Origin: Felis catus
Taxonomy: Eukaryota
Length of the DNA stretch: 60,000 nucleotides
Reading direction: 5' to 3'
Assembly (NCBI RefSeq): GCF_018350175.1
Contig: NC_058368.1
Span: 169,014,001-169,074,000 of the forward strand
The translations under genes were made by a program, and so were the position numbers. Within the stretch, counting starts at the first letter, position 1. Each line of letters begins with the position of its first letter. A model generated the notes under the pieces. It ran no database searches. It worked only from the letters and a program-made list of their open reading frames with translations, and was not told the origin of the DNA. Shown here in pieces: positions 52,386 to 60,000 of the stretch.

Positions 52386-53924
52386 ACCCCTGCTCCCAAC
52401 TCCAGTCTCATTCCACAGGGATTGCAGGGGAATTTGCAGATCTTGACCATTGGGAATTTGATGGAGAAGATAGGAGAGGCTTGCAACAACCAGCACTCTG
52501 ATCTTAGCAGACTCAGTTCCTACCTGCAGTGCCCAAGTAGTAATCCCAAACCAGCATCTTTGTTCATCCTCAGAGCCAAGATGGTAGCACAGTCCGATGA
52601 GGGAATTCTGTAGGGTACCGGTCTGCCTGATTCAGGTCCTCAAATGAAGAGAATGATCTGCCCTGCTTGGGATTGCTGATGATGTCTTGGCCTTTTGCTG
52701 AGTGCAGCTTTCCAGCTGTGCCTGACCAGAATGCCTGGCCAGAGCACCTACAGTCTCCCAGGTAGGAGAGCTAATTCATAGTTCCACCCCCTCCTAGGTG
52801 TAGCTCCTGGTCCATCCAGACCAGAAAGCCTGACTGGGAATACTTGAGAGGCTTCCTGGAGATGGCCCTCCCTACCTTCCCAGGCAGGAAAACTAATTCA
52901 TAGCCCCACCCACTGCCCAGTATAACTCCTGGCCTCTTTCCATCAGAATATGTGATTGAGAACACCTGGAAGTTGCATAGTCCAGCAATACCAGAAAGCA
53001 TAGCAAGCAGAGTTGATCATACACAGAGCAAAACCAGTGGCACCATTCAGCCTGCGTACAGCAGGAGTGGGTCAACTTAAGACCACAAAGAGCCTTACCA
53101 GGCTTGGAGGTTTCCCCTGCTCTCAAAGGCAGGGGAGTTAATTCACAGCCTGGCTCACATCTCAGTGTAGCTCCCAGCCCCTCCCAGCCAGAAAGCCTGA
53201 TCAGAAGCACCTAGAAACCTTTTTCAAGTTGCTCCTCCTGAACCTGCCAGGAAAGAGAGGTAATTCATAGCCCAGCCCACTTCTGAGTGTAGCTCCTGGC
53301 CTCACCTGACCAAAAAGCCTGGCCAGAACACCTGAAAGCTGCTTAACCCAACAATGCTTGAGCAGGAAGAATAAAAGGGAGAGCTGGTTTTATATACAGA
53401 AATTCCTGAAAACTCCACCAAAAAAATTTTAGAACTAATCAATAAACTTAGTAAAGTTACAGGACACAAAATTAACATACAAAAATCAGTAGCTTCTCTT
53501 TTTTTTTCAGCAGTGTTTCTAGACAATAATGAATTATCTGGAAAAAAAAAGAAAAGAAAATGATCCCATTTACAATATCATCAAAAACAATAAACTTTTT
53601 AGGAATAAATTTAATCAAATAAGTGAAAGAGCTCTATAATCAAAACTACAAAACACTGATGAAGCAGACCAAGAAGACACAAATAAGTGGAAAGGCATCC
53701 TGTGTTCATGGATTGGAAAAATATAGTTAAAATGTCAAAACTACAAAAAGCCATTTATAGATTTAATGCAATCTCTATCAATATTCCAATGGCATTTTTT
53801 ACAGAAGTAGAAAAAAAACAATTCTAAAATGTATATGGAACCATAAAAGACCCTTAATAGCCAAAGAAACCCCGAGAAAGAACAACAAAATGCGAGGGAT
53901 CACACTTCCTGATTTCAAGCTATA

Positions 53925-54480
53925 TGAATTTTTATGTCAGTATTGTCAACAATAGCTAAACTATAGAGTCCAAATGTCCATTGACTGATGAATGGATAAA
54001 GAAAATGTGGTATATATATACAATGGAATATTACCCAGCCATCACAAAGAATGAAATCTTGTGATTTGCAAGGACGTGGATGGAGCTAGAATGTATTATG
54101 CTAAGTGAAATAAATCAATCAAAGTAAGACAAATATATGATTTCACTCATATGTGGAATTTAAGAAACAAAACAGATGAAAATATGGGAAGAGGGGGGAA
54201 GAGAAGAAAGAGAAACAAACCACAAGAGACTTTTAATGATAGAGAAGAAACTGAGGGTTGATGGAGGGAGGTGGGTGGGAGATGGGCTGGATGGGTGATG
54301 GTTATAAAGAAGGGCACTTGTGATGAACACTGGGTGTTGTATGTAAATGATGAATCACTGAATTCTACCTCTGAAACCAATATTGTACGGTATATTAAAT
54401 AAAATATAAATTTAAAAAATTAAAAGTGAAAAAATTTAAAATAAAACATAGGTTTTATTATTAGAAAAAAGCAAAAAAAA
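53925..54480 (+). mobile_element. Nested carnivore L1 3' end fragment
   Basis: Same 3' UTR type as 43396-44139. Host ORF2 breaks at ttcaagctatat and resumes at aaagctatagtaat. Confidence 0.85.
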
Positions 54481-55889
54481 TAAAGCTATAGTAATAAAAA
54501 CTGTATGGTACTGGCATAAAATCAGACACACAGACCAATAGAATAGAATCAGGAGCCCAGAAATAAACCCATGTATATATAGTCAACTAATACTTAACAA
54601 GGAAACCAAGAATACTCAATGGAAAAAAAGATGGTCTCTTCAATAAATGGTTCTGGGAAAACTGGATATTCACAGTTAAAAATGAAACTAGACCCCCGTC
54701 TTACACCACTCATAAAAATTAACTTGAAATGCATTAAAGATTTAAATTTAAGACTGGAAACCATAAAACTCCTAGAAGAAAACATAGAAAACATATCCTT
54801 GAGATAGGACTTGGCAAAGATTTTTGGGATATGACACCTAAATCACAAGCAACAAAATAAATAATAAATAAATAAGGCTACATCAAATTTTAAAACTTCA
54901 CAGCAAAAGAAACAATCAACAAAATGAAAAGACAACTTATGGAATGGGAAAAAATACTTGCAAACCATATATCTAATAAGGGATTAATACTAAAAATATA
55001 TAAAGAATCCATAAAACTCAATAACCAAAAAATCCCACAAATAATCAAATTTAAAAATGGCCAAAGTACCTGAATAGACATCTTTCCAAAGAAGATATGC
55101 AAGTGGCCAACAGGTACACCAAAAGATGTTGGTAATTCATCATCAGGGATATGCAAATCAAAACCACAATGAGATATCACCTCATACCTGTTAGAATGGC
55201 TAAAATCAAAATGGCAAGAAATAACAAATGCTGATGAGCATGTGGAAAAAAGGGAACCCTTGGGCACTATTGGTGGGAAAGTAAATTGGTATGGCCACTA
55301 TGGAAAACATTATGGAAGTTCCTCAAAAAATTAAAAATTGAACTACAATATGATCCAACAATTATACTTCTGGCAATATAGTCAAAGGAAATGAAAACAC
55401 TATGTTGAAGAGGTATGTACCCCTATGTTGGTTGCAGCATTACTTACAACAGCCACAACATGGAAAAAACGTAAGAATCCATTGATGGATGAATGGACAA
55501 AAGAGTTGTGATATATATATGTGATGGAAATTATTCAACCACAGAAAAGAAAGAAATCCTGCCATTTGCAACAACATGGATGAACATGGAGGACATTACG
55601 TTAAGTGAAATATTCAGACAGAAAGACAAATACTGTATGATCTCATTTGTATGTTGACTCTAATTTTTTAAATAAATAAAAAGTCACAGAAAAAAAGATC
55701 AGATTCACAGTTACCAGAAGTAGGGCTTGGGGAGGACTGGATAGAGGTGGTCAAAAATTACATACTTCAAGTTACAAGATAAATAAGTACTAGGATGTAA
55801 CATACAACATGACAACTATAGCTAATGCTGCTGTAGGATATACATGAAAATTAAGAGTAAATCTTAAATCTTAATTCTCATCACACATT

Positions 55890-56097
55890 GGGGCATGTGT
55901 GTAGCTCAGTTGGTTAAGCATTGGACTTTCGGCTCAGGTCATGATTTCCCAGTTCATGGGTTCAAGATCGGCATCAGGCTCTGTGCTGACAGCTCAAACC
56001 TAGAGCCTGCTTCAGATTCTGTATCTCCCTCTCTGTCTGCCCCTTCCCCACTCTCACTCTCTCTCTCAAAAATAAATAAACATTAAAAACAAAAGAG
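55890..56097 (+). mobile_element. CAN-SINE
   Basis: TSD aattctcatcacacatt. Confidence 0.93.
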
Positions 56098-56274
56098 AAT
56101 TCTCATCACACATTAAAAAATGCTTTTTCCATCTCTATATGGGATGATGGAAATTAAAAGCTCAGTGTAGTAATTATTTCACAATATATGTAAGTCAAAT
56201 CATTATGCTATACACCTTAAGCTTATACAGTTATATATCAATGACATCTCAATAAAGCTGAAAAAAACTTTACA

Positions 56275-56860
56275 CTGTAAGATTCCATTTATAGGAAATT
56301 CTGGAAAAGCCAAAAAAAAAAAAAAAATAGTAACAGAAAACATTTCAGTGGTTGCCAGAGATTGAGGGTTGAGGGAGGGACTGATAACTACTAGGAATAC
56401 AAGGAAGCTTCATCAGGTGATGAAAATATTCATGCTAATTGTGGGGTTATTATGCAGCTGTACACCTTTATCAAAACTCATCCAAGCTATCCACTTTAAA
56501 AGATAAATGTTATTGTATGTAAATTATACCTCGATTTCCTAACTTCAAAAAACTTGAATGTGAAAATAGAGAACACATACAGGATAAGCCCATTTACATC
56601 AAGATAACAATTTTACATAAAATCTACAATATTGTTTTAGGATACATAAATATGTAGTTAAATACAAAATTCTAAATGGTGGTTTTCCATGAGAGGAGAG
56701 AAATAGGATCAGGAGAGGTATATAGGGTCTTCAAAAGTCTTCCATCCTCTACTTCTTCAGATTAGGTGGCCTCTACATTGGTACCTATATTATCATTCTT
56801 TATTTCTTATGCAGTATATACTTTTGTATGAAATATTTTATTTCATAGTAAGATGGAAAT
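56275..56860 (+). mobile_element. Old L1 3' UTR relics (host L1 resumes)
   Basis: ctgtaagattccatttataggaaattctggaaaag..cagtggttgccag..ttattgtatgtaaattatacctc. Confidence 0.7.
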
Positions 56861-57834
56861 TAAAACACAAAATAAAACTCAAAAAGAAAAATAAATTGTG
56901 TTATAAATTTTTGTGTTGGAGTACTTTTCATATACTCAATCAACCACAGAGACATTTGATTAAAGTTTCCTTACAAAAACAATAAATATTCATTGGTTTA
57001 ATATTTCTCCTATAGGGAAACAATGCCTCTAGCACAATGTTTCCCTAAGAAGTGTCTCATATCTGCAGACAGCAGAGTTTTCTGATGAAATTGTGCAGCA
57101 GATCCATGGAATGACATGTTCTAGTTCTAAAATGTCTTTCTGGGAACCACCTCAAGACTTCCATCCATGTTAAAGAGCACTGTCTTTACTTGGCAGGCCT
57201 GGGGGACAAAGAGGACACTTGGTAGGGCTGCCCTCTAATCTGAAAATAATTCCTTGTTTTCTCTCAACAATGGCTAGTTCTTTGCTTAAACAGTTAAACT
57301 GCTGAGCATGACACGTTGTTGACCCTTATTCCAGCACTCGGCCTATAATGTGTTTGGTTGCCTTGGTTCAAGGCAAATCCAGGGACCAAAAGAGCCCATG
57401 AGAGAGTGCACAGAAACTAGGAACTGCCAAGCAGATGTCCCGGGTTAGACGGCTTACAAGGAACTTTCAACATTTAGCTTTTCTTCCCACTTCCAAATCC
57501 CCATCCAAAAGTCTGGATTTGTGCCATCTGACCTACCCCCCAAATTCGTCCATCTTTCCACATTTATTCTTAAGCTGGCTGTTGGCTGAGCTGCCATACA
57601 GCACCCTCTGTTCCATGGAAAAGATCAGATGCTTCACAAACATGGAGGACAACACAGGCAGAGACCAAAGTCATGAGCATAGTACACAATGAACACAGGG
57701 CTGGCCAGCCAAGGGCAGTTTTTAGTCCTCTTATAAACTCAGGACTTCTGTTAGAAGTCTGCCTCACCCAACTCTGTGCCCTCTTCTAAAGAGTTAAGGT
57801 ACTGCTCTTAGAAAGTTTGCTCAGTGCACACCTA

Positions 57835-59775
57835 ATATGAGAGGTGAAAATAAAACCTACCTTGAAATACCAGTTCTTACCTATCAGATTGACAAAATTA
57901 CAAACTTCAAAAAGTTTTAAAATGCAGCCAGGACAAGCAGATTCTAAAATAGATAGGAAATTTTAAAGGGCCTGGAATACCCAAAGTAATCCTATAAAAG
58001 AACAAAGTAGGACTTACACCAAGGTGGTGGTAGTGGTAAGGACTGAAAGAAAAATGAATAAACAGAACATAATGGAGCCCAGAAATTGACCCACAATTGG
58101 TTAATTGGTCTTTCTCAAAGGCACCAAAGTAATACAATCGGGTAAAGCAAAGTCTTTTTGACAAATGATCCCGAAATAAAAGGATATAGAAAAAAAAAAA
58201 AAAAGAACGAACTTCGATCCCTACCTCAAATGACACTCAAAAATTAAGTTGATGATCCATAGGCCTAAGATAATAGCTAAAGCTATAAAAACAAAAAAAT
58301 TTGTGACTTGGGTTGCAGGAAGGGTCGTCAAAAGGGTCTAGGAAAGAAAAAAAACAAAAACCTTAAAACTTTGATAATTTGATTTCATTAAAATTGAAAA
58401 CTTAACACTCATCAAAAAAGAACAACGAATAGGCAAACTACAAACTGAGAGAAAATAATCACAAAATATTTATCCAACAAAGAACTTCTACAACTCAATA
58501 AAAGACAATCTAATAATTTTAAATGAGCAAAAGAAACAGACAAGTCACAAAAATACATATGTTATGCTGAATAAACACTGAAAAACATCACTGATTATCA
58601 GAGAAATGCAAATTAAAGCCATATTTAAATATTGCCACACATCCACCAGAATAGCTAAAATTATACACTAACCATACCAAGTGTTGACAAGGATTGGAAG
58701 CAATTGGAACTCTCATACACCGCTCCTGGGAGTGTAATATGGTGCAACTACTTAAGAAAATGTCTAGCAGTTTGGAATAAATGCAAACATGTACCTGCTC
58801 TACAACTTGCCAATTCTACGGCTAGGTATGTACCCATGAGAAATGGAAGCATGTGTAATATGTTAACAAAAAATAAATAGGCTATTCATAGCATGTTAAT
58901 TGCCATAAACTAGAAAAAGACCAGGTGCCCATCAAAAGAGGAAGGAATAAATTGGTATATGGCGTAAGGTATCCCTATATAGCAGGATTCTATTCTGCAA
59001 TGAAAAAGAGTAAATTACTGATCAATATAACAACATGAATAAATCACAAAAGCATTATGCTAAGTGAAAATAAAAGCCTTATATAAAGGAATATATGCTA
59101 TATGATTCCATTTACATGAACTTAGCCAAGACTGCTCTGTGGTGGGGGAAAAAATCAGAGCTACCTCTGGGGTGGAAATAAGGATTGACTAAAAGTCACG
59201 TGGGAACATCGTAGGGAATCATAATGTTCTACATCTTGGTAGGGGTTTGGGTTTCCCAGGGACATCCATTTGTCACAATCAGGAAATGTACACTTAAGAT
59301 TTGTGCACTTCATTGTAAATTTTACATCAAGAGAAAAAGTATTGAACTCTAATGATATTCATGCTGAACTACGTAGAAGTAGGATGATGTCTGTAATTTA
59401 TTTTGAAATACACTTTTAAAAAGGATGAACTGATGGAAGAGTAAAATGATGGAAAAGTTAATATATATATGATAAAGCAACTAAAATGTAAGTGATGGGT
59501 ATACAGTTGATCTTCCAACTGATCAAAAATCTTCCAACTGTGCTTTTTGTTTGAAATTTATCATAATAAATGCTTTTCAAAAGGATGCACAACTGTGTGT
59601 ATTTAATAGGAAGAAGTAAAAGTATATATATGTTTATCATTTGCTTATATTTGTCTAGAGAAGCACTGGAAAGATAAATGATGGGGGTAGACAGGGGCAT
59701 GTCAGTGCAGACCTTTTAATATTGTTTTGTTCTTTGAATCATGTAGATATATAACCTGTTCAAAACAAATTTTTA
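57835..59775 (+). mobile_element. Old L1 (L1MC-like) ORF2 3' end and 3' UTR
   Basis: gagcccagaaattgacccaca, agaaatgcaaattaaagcca, ggaactctcatacaccgctcctgggagtgtaa, aaatgtacacttaagatttgtgcacttcattg. Confidence 0.8.
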
Positions 59776-60000
59776 AGAAGATAGTTTGCCCATGGAATGA
59801 ATAAAAGCTTAGGGAATCTAGCTGACCAGCTCCTCATTTTTCCTGCCCTCCCGTGTTTGAAATTCATTTATTCTAAGGTCTTTGGGAGAAAAGAGAAAAG
59901 GCAGATGGATCAGCTGCTTGGAAGTTTGCCTTGACATTCTCCAATAGTGAGATTTCTGTCTTGGCTACACCTTTATCCTCCCTCCTATCCTACACACACA

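Larger units (their letters stand above)
52022..56260 (+). mobile_element. L1 with intact 5' and 3' ends but lacking ORF1 and the 5' part of ORF2
   Basis: 5' UTR 52022-~53385 joined to ORF2 just past the FADD motif. Ends ctcaataaagctgaaaa. TSD aaaaaa(ag)actttaca at 52006-52021 and 56261-56274. Confidence 0.8.

Noticed and set aside
52760..53345. CRISPR-like repeat-spacer array (also considered for 13590-14800)
   Set aside because: Units are degenerate along their whole length, lie in L1 5' UTRs, and there are no cas genes in this mammalian DNA.
57013..57047. 10-bp inverted repeat tagggaaaca / tgtttcccta
   Set aside because: Too short for a pre-miRNA or a confident MITE call and plausible by chance.

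Overview
Mammalian genomic DNA, very probably a cat or other felid, judged from 17 tRNA-derived CAN-SINEs that include young SINEC_Fc-like copies. The only protein-coding sequence I can support is the 3' end of the FER non-receptor tyrosine kinase gene on the + strand. It has three GT-AG coding exons (9259-9413, 28911-29033, 30422-30567) covering the catalytic loop through the stop codon. These are followed by a ~9.2-kb stretch free of young repeats that is probably the 3' UTR, ending at an AATAAA at 39712. Most of the rest is transposon-derived: a 14.4-kb nested L1-within-L1 inside the 19.5-kb penultimate FER intron, an antisense L1 complex at 2-6.5 kb, an L1-rich intergenic tract from 43 kb on, L2/MIR/MLT1/MER3/MER20 relics and microsatellites. 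Apart from the ORF overlapping the FER exon at 28.9 kb, the ORF track looks like noise or decayed L1. I found no evidence of a new biological system. The items most worth following up are structural: an exact 180-bp tandem duplication across an old L1 junction, an internally collapsed L1 with both ends and target-site duplication (TSD) intact, L1 5' UTR monomer arrays, two templated-insertion scars, and a CpG micro-cluster just past the putative poly(A) site. Repeat subfamily names come from memory of consensus sequences and repeat boundaries are approximate.
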